This document shows positions 39,104 to 48,223 of a stretch of 64,000 nucleotides of DNA, in pieces. The stretch comes from an uncultured delta proteobacterium (GTDB taxonomy: Bacteria > Myxococcota_A > Polyangia > Fen-1088). Under the pieces are notes generated by a model. That model was not told the origin of the DNA and did not search any database. It worked only from the letters and a program-made list of their open reading frames with translations. Position numbers and translations under genes: made by a program. The DNA is taken from NCBI GenBank assembly GCA_963796685.1, contig CAWCMR010000025.1:1568001-1632000 (forward strand). The letters run 5' to 3'. Numbering within the stretch: position 1 is the first letter of the stretch; each line of letters begins with the position of its first letter.

Positions 39104-41233
39104 CTAGTGCAACAGCCCCAGGCCCGAGGTGGTGAGGATCTGCGCCACCAGCAACGGATCCTGGATGCCCTTTCGTTCCGAGATCAGCGTGGCCAAATCG
39201 TCGAGGCGGTGGGCATCCCTGGCCAAGCGTGGCTCGCCGAGCGCAGCCGCCGCGGCTCGCATCAGCTTCGCGCGCTCGGCCAGCAAGGCGCGTCCTCGGG
39301 TTTCTTCCATCGTGCCCATCCATTGCGCGGCCGCCAGCAGGGTCTCGCCCGCGGCAAAGCCTTGCACCGTCGCTGCCACCGAGGGATCGATGGTACGGGC
39401 ACTGGCCAGCTCCGAGTCGGCATAGCGAGCCCGCACGGCGACGGTCTGGCTGGCGTTTTCGAAGGTCAGACGATCCTTGTAGTGCAGCTCGACGCTGGCG
39501 ACATCGCGACTGCCCATCCCGCCCGGCAAATCGAGGCCCAGCAGGATCACGTGCCGGTCGTTGCGCGCGAAGCCGGGGATGAAGAAGCGCATGCCGCCCT
39601 CCACGTCGCGCACGCGATCGCGGCGGATTTCGTCACGCGCCGCCACCTGCGCGTCCACGGCGCGCTCCTGCTCGCGCACCAGGGCGCTTTCCGTGCGATC
39701 GAGCTTGCGCGACCCATGGATGTCGACCAGGCGCACGTCGGGTCTGAGACGCACGCGCACTTCCACGGCCTGCGCCACCGGCTGTAGCCGGCTTTTCAGC
39801 TCGGTGGCCAGGGCCTCGGCAATGGCATCGGTGTGCGGTAGGTAGTAGTAACCTCCGGCCCCGCGATCGGCGATGGTGGACATGAGCAGGCCGTCATGGT
39901 TCTCCCCGACTCCGAAGGCGCTGGTCTGAATGCCCGCTTGAAAGGCCTCGGCGGCGTGCGCGGCCAAGGTGGTCTGGTCGACGATTCCCTGATTGGGTTG
40001 GCCGTCCGACAGGAGCATGACCAGGCTCACCCATTCGGCGCCCAGGGCCTGGCTCTTGGCTTGGCGGTAGCCGAGCGCCAGCCCGTCGCCCAGGTTGGTC
40101 GAGCCGCCGGCCACGATGCGACGCAGGGACTCGGCGATCTCTCCTTGGCGCGGCCCCACGACTCCGTCGGGAATCACGACGGCGGCGAAGGTCGAGAAGG
40201 TGGTGAGCGAAAAGCGGTCCTGAGGATGCAGCCGTGCCAAGAGCTGCGCCACCGCGGCGCGCGCGTGCTCGAGCGGCTGCCCCGCCATGGAGCCGCTGAC
40301 GTCCAGAACCACGTGCACCGAGAGCGGCGGGCGCGGCCCGGGCGCGCGGTCCGACGAGCGCAGGGTGATGCGCAGCTGCTGTGGGCCGCCGGCGGGCGGC
40401 AGCGCGGCTCGCTCCAGATCGGCGCGCAGAGCGAGCGCGTGCTCGCGCGGCGCCGGCATATCCGGTGCGTAGTGCGAACCGAAATCGCCCACCAACTCCC
40501 GCACCGAAGGCGGAATGTCGTTGCGGGACAGGGCCGAGTCGAACCTGGCCAAGTGCCCGCGCCCCGGTCGATACGTCGTGGCGAAGCGGCCGTTGGGATC
40601 GATGGTGGACAACGAAGCAGGACGCTCCAGCGACGGTGCGAGCGCATAGCGAGATGTCCGCATCCCCATCTTCCCCTCCGCGCCGCGGTGGACGGTGGCG
40701 AAGTTTCCCAAACCGATGGTGCCTGCAAGCGTGCCACCACCACCGGAGCCCGTGCCCACGATTCCCGAGCCGCGGACGCCGTAGGCTGCGCCGACCTCGA
40801 TGCCAGCAAGCCCGCCGAGGAGGTTCACGGCGTCTCGGCCCGCGGCGGCGTCCCGCCCGAGAATTCTGCCGAGGTGGGCATCGTGCGCGCTCGCCAGAGC
40901 TCCGAAAATGCCGGACCGCCCGGCCGGGTATGGCGTCGCGCGCCTGGCTTCGCGGGCGGGAGCGTCGCGCAGGCCGTAAATACCCGTTCGACGTTGCTGG
41001 GGCTCGGCGACTCCCGCGAATGGCTGGTAGCGTGTCCGAATGAGCTCGACGATTTCGGGCGCGATGCTTCGGTGGCTGCCTGGCGGTAGCAAGGCCAGGG
41101 TGGTGCCCATGGCCACGAACACGCTACACACGACCAAGTAGATGCCGTGCTCCCGCCAGCGCCACTTGAAGTGCGGCTGCAGATCGACGGCCAGAAGCTC
41201 GTCGGACAACTCTCGAGGACTTGCCTTGGACAT
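39104..41233 (-). CDS. Membrane-anchored vWA (MIDAS) domain protein
   Basis: Probable start MSKASP at 41233; N-terminal TM; VLDVSGSM, GSTNLGDGL, LLSDGQPN, FGVG. Confidence 0.88.
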   Translation of the reverse strand: MSKASPRELSDELLAVDLQPHFKWRWREHGIYLVVCSVFVAMGTTLALLPPGSHRSIAPEIVELIRTRYQPFAGVAEPQQRRTGIYGLRDAPAREARRATPYPAGRSGIFGALASAHDAHLGRILGRDAAAGRDAVNLLGGLAGIEVGAAYGVRGSGIVGTGSGGGGTLAGTIGLGNFATVHRGAEGKMGMRTSRYALAPSLERPASLSTIDPNGRFATTYRPGRGHLARFDSALSRNDIPPSVRELVGDFGSHYAPDMPAPREHALALRADLERAALPPAGGPQQLRITLRSSDRAPGPRPPLSVHVVLDVSGSMAGQPLEHARAAVAQLLARLHPQDRFSLTTFSTFAAVVIPDGVVGPRQGEIAESLRRIVAGGSTNLGDGLALGYRQAKSQALGAEWVSLVMLLSDGQPNQGIVDQTTLAAHAAEAFQAGIQTSAFGVGENHDGLLMSTIADRGAGGYYYLPHTDAIAEALATELKSRLQPVAQAVEVRVRLRPDVRLVDIHGSRKLDRTESALVREQERAVDAQVAARDEIRRDRVRDVEGGMRFFIPGFARNDRHVILLGLDLPGGMGSRDVASVELHYKDRLTFENASQTVAVRARYADSELASARTIDPSVAATVQGFAAGETLLAAAQWMGTMEETRGRALLAERAKLMRAAAAALGEPRLARDAHRLDDLATLISERKGIQDPLLVAQILTTSGLGLLH

Positions 41234-41307
41234 GGGCGTTCTCCTTCCCTCAGCGCGTGCAAGGGCGACTGCGCGGTCCGCGGCGCGTGGAGAGCGCCAT
41301 GCGGTGA

Positions 41308-41432
41308 CCTTGCCCAAGAGACAACCGCAACGGCCGGGAAGTTCCCGGGATCCGCGGCGCGACACGCACGCACCCATCGGAGCGATGACGGGACCACGGC
41401 TACGACCTTCTGCGGCTATCGCGGGATTAGGG
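41308..41432. mobile_element. Internally deleted MITE-like copy
   Basis: acgcacgcacccatcggagcgatgacggg shared with ~54603; right end gaccttctgcggctatcgcgggattaggg. Confidence 0.6.
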
Positions 41433-41517
41433 TGACATCGGGCCGGATGTAAGACGGGCGTTCGTCATGGTTTCATGGGAGCTTTTGCCGTCTGACCATT
41501 TATCCAAGGAGACGAAC

Positions 41518-41931
41518 ATGAAGCGCAATGCGAGTGCCATTTGGACCGGTGACTTGAAACAGGGACAGGGGAAGTTCAGCGTGGGCAGCGGTGCCTTCAA
41601 GGACAAAGGCTTCACGTTCCGCACGCGATTCGAATCCGAACCGGGCACGAATCCGGAAGAGCTCATCGCCGCGGCCCATGCCGGGTGCTTCAGCATGGCC
41701 CTGAGCGCCCAGCTCGGGGAGCGCGGCATCACGCCCGAATCCGTGGCAACCACGTGTGCCATCACCTTCGAGAACCTGACCCTGACCAAGAGCGCGCTCG
41801 CCACCACGGTGAAGGCCCCCGGCGCGGACAAGGCGAAGATCGAAGAGGCCGCCGCCGCCGCCAAGGCCGGTTGCCCCATTTCCAAGGTGCTGAAGCTGGA
41901 GATCACGCTGGATCTGACGGTTTCCACCTAG
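41518..41931 (+). CDS. osmC: OsmC family peroxiredoxin
   Basis: AAGGAG RBS; TRFESEPGTNPEELIAAAHAGCFSMAL..GCPISK. Confidence 0.95.
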   Translation: MKRNASAIWTGDLKQGQGKFSVGSGAFKDKGFTFRTRFESEPGTNPEELIAAAHAGCFSMALSAQLGERGITPESVATTCAITFENLTLTKSALATTVKAPGADKAKIEEAAAAAKAGCPISKVLKLEITLDLTVST

Positions 41932-42093
41932 GCACCGCTGCCGAAATTGCTCGGGGTTCAAACCGTTCGGTGCTCCAACCGCGGGCTCCGACGTGCGGCC
42001 GTGGCGGGCAGCGGCACGTTTCCGGGACCGGATGAGCCGTTCGGCGGCGTCGGCCCACCTAATAGAGATGGCCATGCATCCAAGGAGCCGCCG

Positions 42094-42876
42094 ATGAAAC
42101 TCGCACATTGCTGGCCGCTTCGGCGCCGGTCCTTCCCGTTCTGGCTGGCCGTCGGCCTGGGCATGCTCGCTGGCAAGAGCGCGCTGGCCACGGAGTACTA
42201 CGTGGCCACCACGGGCAGCGATTCGAATGCGGGAACCATCGATTCGCCCTTCGCCACCCTGCAGAAGGCAGCCAACACGGCGGTTGCCGGCGACACCGTC
42301 TACATAGACATGCTGGCGAGCCCTGCCGGCGATCCGAACACGACCATCACCCTGACCGGAGCGCTGGCGCACATCATGCGCAACAACATCGGCTACCCCA
42401 ACAAGAACACCAACGCCGCGCGCATCCTTTCGCATCTGGGGATTCGCTTCGACTTGCGCGCCTACGAGGTGGACGAGAAGGATCTGTCCGCCGAAAACGT
42501 CGCCCGCAAGGTGGGGTTGCCGCTCGATCAGGTGTGGAAGACGCTCGTGGTGCGCGGCGACCGCACCGGCGTGCTCTTCGCCGTGCTCCCGGGCAGCGCC
42601 ACCCTCGACCTGAAAGCCCTGGCCAGGCTTTCGGGGAACCGCAAGACCGAAACCGTTCCGCTCAAAGAGGTGCAACCGCTGACGGGTTACCTTCGCGGCG
42701 GGGTCACGGCCATCGGGGGCAAGAGGGACTATCCGGCGTTCGTCGACGAGACCATCGCGCTGTTCGACGTGGTGGCGGTTTCCGCGGGCGTGCGCGGCAC
42801 GCAGATTCTCATCGCCCCCGCCGACTATCTGCGCGCGGTTGGCGCCACTGTGGGTGCCATCGCTACCTTCACGTAG
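42094..42876 (+). CDS. ybaK: Chimera: signal peptide + beta-helix enzyme fragments fused in frame to Cys-tRNA(Pro) deacylase YbaK
   Basis: TEYYVATTGSDSNAGTIDSPFATLQKA..AGDTVYI, a short unrelated piece, then TNAAR..VWKTLV..LDLKALA..TGYLRGGVTAIG..VSAGVRG (YbaK). Confidence 0.8.
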   Translation: MKLAHCWPLRRRSFPFWLAVGLGMLAGKSALATEYYVATTGSDSNAGTIDSPFATLQKAANTAVAGDTVYIDMLASPAGDPNTTITLTGALAHIMRNNIGYPNKNTNAARILSHLGIRFDLRAYEVDEKDLSAENVARKVGLPLDQVWKTLVVRGDRTGVLFAVLPGSATLDLKALARLSGNRKTETVPLKEVQPLTGYLRGGVTAIGGKRDYPAFVDETIALFDVVAVSAGVRGTQILIAPADYLRAVGATVGAIATFT

Positions 42877-42974
42877 CGAGCTCCGCCACGTAGGTGCCAA
42901 CAGAAACTCGCGCAAGGCCGGCGCGGAAGGGCGCGATTCGGTCTATGATCGGAGGGCGACTGTCATTGGGAGAA

Positions 42975-44588
42975 TCAACCATGGACCTCCTGCGAAAAGC
43001 CTTCGTCTTCCTCGTGCTCGTGTGCGTTCTCTTCCTCGGCGCCTGATGACTGCGTGGCCGATGGCTTGGGCCGGCGAAGCACCACGAATCCGTCGTGCTC
43101 GAACACGCGTGTGAACCCCGCCTGGGTGGCTGCGCGCTCGCAGTCCGTGCCCACGCGTCCGAGGACGTGACTGAAGATAGGGTTCGACAGCAGCTCAGGT
43201 GAAAAGACGGTCTGGGGCAGCGTGCGTCCGAACCACAGCTGTCCGCCGGTGTAATAGGGCTCCTCGAGCAGGACGCCCGTGACATCGGATTGTCGCCCGA
43301 TCCACGCTTGCGCGTCGAGGCGCGCCTTGGACAAGCCGGGGTCGAACCACCGGCTATGGCGCGCGCCATCGCCGAGCACCACGAGCGCGAGGGCCACGGC
43401 AAGGGCTGTCCAGAAGCGCGCGGGCACGCGCACCGTCGCGCGCGGCTCCTGGGCGGCCGCGCGCCTGCGCCGATTCTCAAGACGAGCCAGCCAGCCGCCC
43501 GCGGCTCCCGACGCGGCCACCAGCAAGAGCGGCCAGACGAGCACGATGAAGCGCTCCTCCTTGTGCGCCTGCGTGCTGAGGTACGCGACGACACCGGTCC
43601 CGGCGAGAAGATACGGCCAGGTGACCCGCATGCCGATGAGCGCAGCGACCAGCAGGATCGGCAAGCCGACGGGAAGGCGCTCGAAGAGCCGTTCGACGTA
43701 GAAGTGCGGGGCGACGATTCCAAAGCCTGCCGCCTTGCCGTCGAGGAAGTTGAACTTCACGTAGCGAACGAACGAGGCGAAGAACCCTCCCCAGGTCAGG
43801 CGATCCACGATTCCGAACAAAGCGATCGGACCAAGCGCCCCCACCACGACGGCGCCGACCGAACGTGCGCGGCGCGCGGCGATCAGCATGAGCGGCGGCA
43901 CGACGGCAAGCGGTGCATTGGCGACGCGCAGCCCGACCGCGAACGCCACGAGAAAGCCGACGACAAACCCGACGACGGCAGAACGACGACGCGAAGCCGC
44001 CGTCGCCATCCGCGGGTCGTGCTCGCACAGCTCAAAGGTCAGCACGAACGCCCAGGCGAAGCAGAGCATGGACGGAAGCTCGGATAGGGTATGGACCGAG
44101 AAGGTGACGAGCAACGGAAACAACCCGCAAAGCGCGGCGCCGAGCAGCCCGCCCCATGCGCCAGAAAGACCGTCCTCGCCGCTCTCGACGGCGACCTCCG
44201 GCTCGGTCTGGGCCGATGGGCGCCGCCGCCGTGCCAGCTGGCGCGCAATCGAGGATCCGCCGCGCCATCCGACGGCGATCAGGCACAGGCTCGCCAGCGA
44301 CCAGTGGGCCTGAAGGATCGCGCCCAGCGTGGCTCCCCGGTTCACACCGAGCCAAGACAGGATCGTCATCCACGCCCCGTGGTAGCCGGGCAGGACCCAC
44401 GACCGGATGCCGTCGTGCCACTCCCACGTCGTGATGCCTGCCCCGGAGAAGTGAACCCAGGCGGGCTCGAGGTATTGGAAAAATTCGTCGGCGTGCAGCG
44501 GCGGCTCGGTCTTCCATGCGTAGAGCCGCGCAAGTGCCGCCATCGCAACGATCGCCGCCAGCGTTCGGCGAACCTGTCGATGGGTCAT
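42975..44588 (-). CDS. Alg9/PIG-B-like (GT22) polytopic mannosyltransferase
   Basis: HADEFFQYLEPA..TTWEW..GIRSW, many TMs, YVKFNFL, HKEERFI; ATGA overlap with the upstream gene. Confidence 0.87.
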   Translation of the reverse strand: MTHRQVRRTLAAIVAMAALARLYAWKTEPPLHADEFFQYLEPAWVHFSGAGITTWEWHDGIRSWVLPGYHGAWMTILSWLGVNRGATLGAILQAHWSLASLCLIAVGWRGGSSIARQLARRRRPSAQTEPEVAVESGEDGLSGAWGGLLGAALCGLFPLLVTFSVHTLSELPSMLCFAWAFVLTFELCEHDPRMATAASRRRSAVVGFVVGFLVAFAVGLRVANAPLAVVPPLMLIAARRARSVGAVVVGALGPIALFGIVDRLTWGGFFASFVRYVKFNFLDGKAAGFGIVAPHFYVERLFERLPVGLPILLVAALIGMRVTWPYLLAGTGVVAYLSTQAHKEERFIVLVWPLLLVAASGAAGGWLARLENRRRRAAAQEPRATVRVPARFWTALAVALALVVLGDGARHSRWFDPGLSKARLDAQAWIGRQSDVTGVLLEEPYYTGGQLWFGRTLPQTVFSPELLSNPIFSHVLGRVGTDCERAATQAGFTRVFEHDGFVVLRRPKPSATQSSGAEEENAHEHEEDEGFSQEVHG

Positions 44589-45274
44589 CGCCCCCACGCC
44601 TCGACTTCATACACGCGAACGATGGCGTCGGGAGCGTTCGGCTCGATCTCGAGGCGGATACCGCGCGCGCCCGCGCAGGCAAGCGCATGCACCGCTCGCG
44701 ATGCCCGATTGCCGTTCTCGACCACCGATGGCCCCGTCCCGTTCGCCTGCAGGCAGACGATGCGATAGTGGCTCGCGGTGTAGGACGCGTCTTCGACGAT
44801 CCCGGCATGGTCAATCACGACCTTGGACAGCGTACGCGGCTCCCGCCAGCGGATCTCGACCCATGGATGTCGATCCTCCGGCGCCGAAGCCCATTTCTCG
44901 TGGTGGCTGGGGGACGCTCGGCCGTCGATCAGGAAGAGCGGGTGGTGCTGCGTGTAGGCCTCGTTGAAGTACGAGCTCGCCCGGATGGTCGGGCCGAGAT
45001 CCCAGGCCGCCAGGTTGTGCTCCACAGAGGGCGGCATCCGCGACCGCGGCATGACGACCTCGATGGTGCCATTCCTGCCGACGAACGAGACCAATCCCGC
45101 CAGCCACAGAGCCACGCACGCTCCGGACGCGATCTTCAAGGCCCTGGTCGCGGCTCGCCCTGCGAAGAGAGAGCCCGGCCTTGGGGGGGCATCCATGCGC
45201 CGTGGAAACGCAAGTTGCGTGCCGGCGGGAAAGGGGACGCGAAACGGGGTGCTGGATGGCTGTGAGCGCGACAT
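44585..45274 (-). CDS. Membrane-anchored discoidin/galactose-binding-like domain protein
   Basis: One TM, then NLA..IRASS..LIDG..KWAS..PWVEIRW..LSKVVI..GIRLEI..RVYEVEAW (F5/8-type pattern); start uncertain. Confidence 0.6.
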   Translation of the reverse strand: MSRSQPSSTPFRVPFPAGTQLAFPRRMDAPPRPGSLFAGRAATRALKIASGACVALWLAGLVSFVGRNGTIEVVMPRSRMPPSVEHNLAAWDLGPTIRASSYFNEAYTQHHPLFLIDGRASPSHHEKWASAPEDRHPWVEIRWREPRTLSKVVIDHAGIVEDASYTASHYRIVCLQANGTGPSVVENGNRASRAVHALACAGARGIRLEIEPNAPDAIVRVYEVEAWGR

Positions 45275-45296
45275 GACCACGACACGCCTGTCTCGA

Positions 45297-46121
45297 TCAG
45301 TGCTGGGCACCGCAGGCCGCGAGCTCGACCTTGTAGCCGGAGGGTGGTTCGAGCGTGAAGGCGCCGACCGGGAACGACGGGTTGAGTGTGCGCTCGCGGA
45401 CTTTGATCTCCACCCCGTCGTCGAAATCCTTGCCCGGTTCGGCGAAGCGAATGAGCCGCGGCAGGGCCACACCGGAAACACGTTCGAAGTCCTCGTAGGA
45501 AACTCGCCAGCGGCCGCGGGTGCCCGGCTCCGAGCCCTCGACGAACACGACCTCCCAGGCCGGGATCCGCGAATTCGGCCTGCGCAATCCCAGCCACAAC
45601 CTCGTGCCGGTTTGGGTCTCGACGCCCAGGATGTCGGCGCCGCGCGCGCCATCCCATTCCACCGAGGCGGCCTTGCTTCCCTCGGGCAGCGGAATATCCC
45701 CGAGCAAGATGGCGGCGACCTCGGCGGGCGCGAGCGGTATGCGGATCATGGCGGCCACGTTGGCCGGGCAGGCCGGTCCCTTGCGGAATAGATGCTTCTG
45801 GTGGTCGATGAACGCGAATTGCCCGTCGTCCACGGTCAGCACGGCCACCGTGCCCTGCAACGCAACCTCGGCCTCGAAGCGAAGCCGGCCACCGCGTTCG
45901 ACCAGCATTTGCACGGTGCCGCGCACGCGCTGGCCGCCCAGCCAACTCGTGGCGCGTGTCTCGACGTTCATGCCGCGAACCGCGGCCTGTCGCGCGCGCA
46001 CCGCCTGCAGCAGCTCCTCGGCGCTGGGCGCCGGGTAGTTGCGCACCATTTGCCCACCGGCCGCGCAGCCGGCCGTGAACGCGGCGAGAACGATCGCCAG
46101 GCCTCTGGGGTGAAGGTCCAT
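45297..46121 (-). CDS. DUF4292 / LolB-like-fold lipoprotein
   Basis: Lipobox TAGC; beta-rich; VSYEDF..LPRLIRF..NPSFPVGAFTLEPPSG; start overlaps the TPR gene stop. Confidence 0.65.
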   Translation of the reverse strand: MDLHPRGLAIVLAAFTAGCAAGGQMVRNYPAPSAEELLQAVRARQAAVRGMNVETRATSWLGGQRVRGTVQMLVERGGRLRFEAEVALQGTVAVLTVDDGQFAFIDHQKHLFRKGPACPANVAAMIRIPLAPAEVAAILLGDIPLPEGSKAASVEWDGARGADILGVETQTGTRLWLGLRRPNSRIPAWEVVFVEGSEPGTRGRWRVSYEDFERVSGVALPRLIRFAEPGKDFDDGVEIKVRERTLNPSFPVGAFTLEPPSGYKVELAACGAQH

Positions 46122-47878
46122 TACTTCCCTGCGAGCTTCGCCAGGCTGTCTTCCAACTTGCGCCGCACGCGCTCGTCGGGATTGAACCCGAGCCCGCGTC
46201 GGTAGGCCGCGGTGGCGCGGGCACTGTCCTGGCTCGCGCCGTAGAGCTCGCCGAGGTGCCACTGGATCTCCGGATCCGCGGGCTCGAGGTGGGCGGCCTG
46301 CTCCAGGAAAAGACGGGCCATGGTCAGATCCTTGGCGCGGAAATGCACCCATCCCAGGCTGTCGATGAGGCCGCCCGAACCGGGATCGAGGGCGCACGCT
46401 GCTTGCAACCGCTTCTTGGCCAGGGCGAGCGCGTGATCGTGATCGGCCGCGACGAAGCCCCAGAAATTGAGCGCCTCCACCGAAGCGGGATTCTTGGCCA
46501 AGTAGCTCTCCACGATGTCGAGCGCGTGCTGCCAGTTCCCGCGACGCTCCTCGATGGCGGCCAACATCATGATGGCCTGGCTCTCGTCAGGATGCCGGGT
46601 CACGATCTTCTCCAGCCGGGCCACGCCGCTTTGTGCATCGCCACGTTTCTCGTCGATGAGCGCCAGACTGACCGCCGCCTCGATCTCCGCGTCGTCGTGC
46701 TCGCCCTTGGCCGCCGCTGCCGCCTCTTCGACCAGGCGGGTGGCTTCGGCTGCCTTGTGGGTATCGCGCAGCAGCTCGGCCGCGCGCAAACGTGCCTCGA
46801 AATAGAGCGGCGAGGTCTTGTCCACCTTCATCAACACCGCCAGCGCCTCGTCGGATTTTCCCTGTTCCTTCAGGATCGCGGCCTGGGCGAGCGAGAGGCG
46901 CGTCTTCTGGTTCTCCGGGATGCCGAGGTTGCGTGCCCGCGCCAGCAGCGCCAGGGCGCGGTCCAGTCGCCCCGCGGAGCGCTCGAGCTCGATCCGGCCG
47001 CCCAGCGATTCGGCGTCGAGGCTGCTGTCGGGCACGGCCAGATCGTCAGCCAGTTGCTCCGCCTCCTTCTGGCTGCCGATGCCGACGAGAAACCTGGCAA
47101 AGGCCGCGGCGATCTCGGGCGCGCCCTCGGATCGATCGATGGCATCGCGAAAGACGGCCCGGGCGTCGTCGTTCTTGCCCGAGGCCGCGTCGATCCAGGC
47201 CAGTGCCACCAGGGCCTCGATCTGGTTGGGCTCCTCGGTCAGGGCCGCGTGCAGTGTGGCTTCCGCCTTGGCCATCGCGCCCAGCGCCCAATAGATCGCG
47301 GTCAGGCGCATGCTCCCGGTGGCGGAAGCCGGCTCGGCCTGGGTCAGGACTTCGAGCGTCCTTTGCGCGCTCGGCAGGTCGAGCGTCTGCAGCTCGGCCT
47401 CGGCCAGCTCGAGATACACCGATTCGGCGTCGTCGTTGTCGGCGTCGAAATCGACCTCGCTGGTCGCCCGACGGAGCGCGGCCACCTCTCCCGCCGCGTC
47501 CCCCTTGGCCCTACGCACGTGCGCGTCGGCGAGCAGGCCGCTGGCGCTCGGCCCGAGCTTGAGCGATTCGCGCACCTCGGACTCGGCGTCCTTTTCCCGT
47601 CCAAGTCGCAGCAGCAACTCCGCCAGGTGCGCATGCAATTCCGGCGAATCGTCGTCGAAGAGGATGGCGCGCTGGATTTCGTCCGCCGCTTCCTGCCAGC
47701 GCTCCTGGTCCTCGTACAGCAGGGCCCGGGCGAAGTGCTCGTAGGCGCTGGGGTCCACGGAGCGCGTGGTGATCTGCCTGCCGTTCACCAGCTTGGTGAT
47801 GGGCGGCGGTTGGGTGGCACACGCACCGAGAAACGCGGCCACAAGGCCGAGAAGCGACAGTTTGCCGAGGAACCACAC
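46121..47878 (-). CDS. TPR-repeat lipoprotein
   Basis: Lipobox LGAC; many TPRs; C-terminal ALNFWGF..IDSLGWVHF..PEIQWHLGE motif. Confidence 0.88.
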   Translation of the reverse strand: MWFLGKLSLLGLVAAFLGACATQPPPITKLVNGRQITTRSVDPSAYEHFARALLYEDQERWQEAADEIQRAILFDDDSPELHAHLAELLLRLGREKDAESEVRESLKLGPSASGLLADAHVRRAKGDAAGEVAALRRATSEVDFDADNDDAESVYLELAEAELQTLDLPSAQRTLEVLTQAEPASATGSMRLTAIYWALGAMAKAEATLHAALTEEPNQIEALVALAWIDAASGKNDDARAVFRDAIDRSEGAPEIAAAFARFLVGIGSQKEAEQLADDLAVPDSSLDAESLGGRIELERSAGRLDRALALLARARNLGIPENQKTRLSLAQAAILKEQGKSDEALAVLMKVDKTSPLYFEARLRAAELLRDTHKAAEATRLVEEAAAAAKGEHDDAEIEAAVSLALIDEKRGDAQSGVARLEKIVTRHPDESQAIMMLAAIEERRGNWQHALDIVESYLAKNPASVEALNFWGFVAADHDHALALAKKRLQAACALDPGSGGLIDSLGWVHFRAKDLTMARLFLEQAAHLEPADPEIQWHLGELYGASQDSARATAAYRRGLGFNPDERVRRKLEDSLAKLAGK

Positions 47879-47927
47879 GACTCGAACCTACCACAGACCG
47901 TGCCGCCGGACCCTCACGCGGCCGTGA

Positions 47928-48203
47928 CCCTAATCCCGCGACAAGCTCAGCGACGTCGCGAGGCGCCGGGCTGAACGCCCCATTCCAAGGCCAAGCCTCT
48001 CGCCTGGCAGGGCGACGAAAGGTGGTCGTGGCCGTAGACCTCACCGTGGCCGTGGCCGTGGCCGTGGCCGGACATCTTGGACGCTCGGGCCATTGGAAAT
48101 CAGCCAGCGGCCGGCGGCTGGCAGACCAGACGGCAATGACAACCGGCCACGGCCACGGCCGGGACCACGGCCACGACCTTCTGCGACTATCGCGGGATTA
48201 TGG
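47928..48203. mobile_element. MITE-like element with ~16-bp terminal inverted repeats and internal GTGGCC/GGCCAC arrays
   Basis: Left ccctaatcccgcgaca, right tatcgcgggattatgg; the left ~130 bp is nearly duplicated at ~49190. Confidence 0.7.
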
Positions 48204-48223
48204 CGTGAGGTAATGACACGAGC

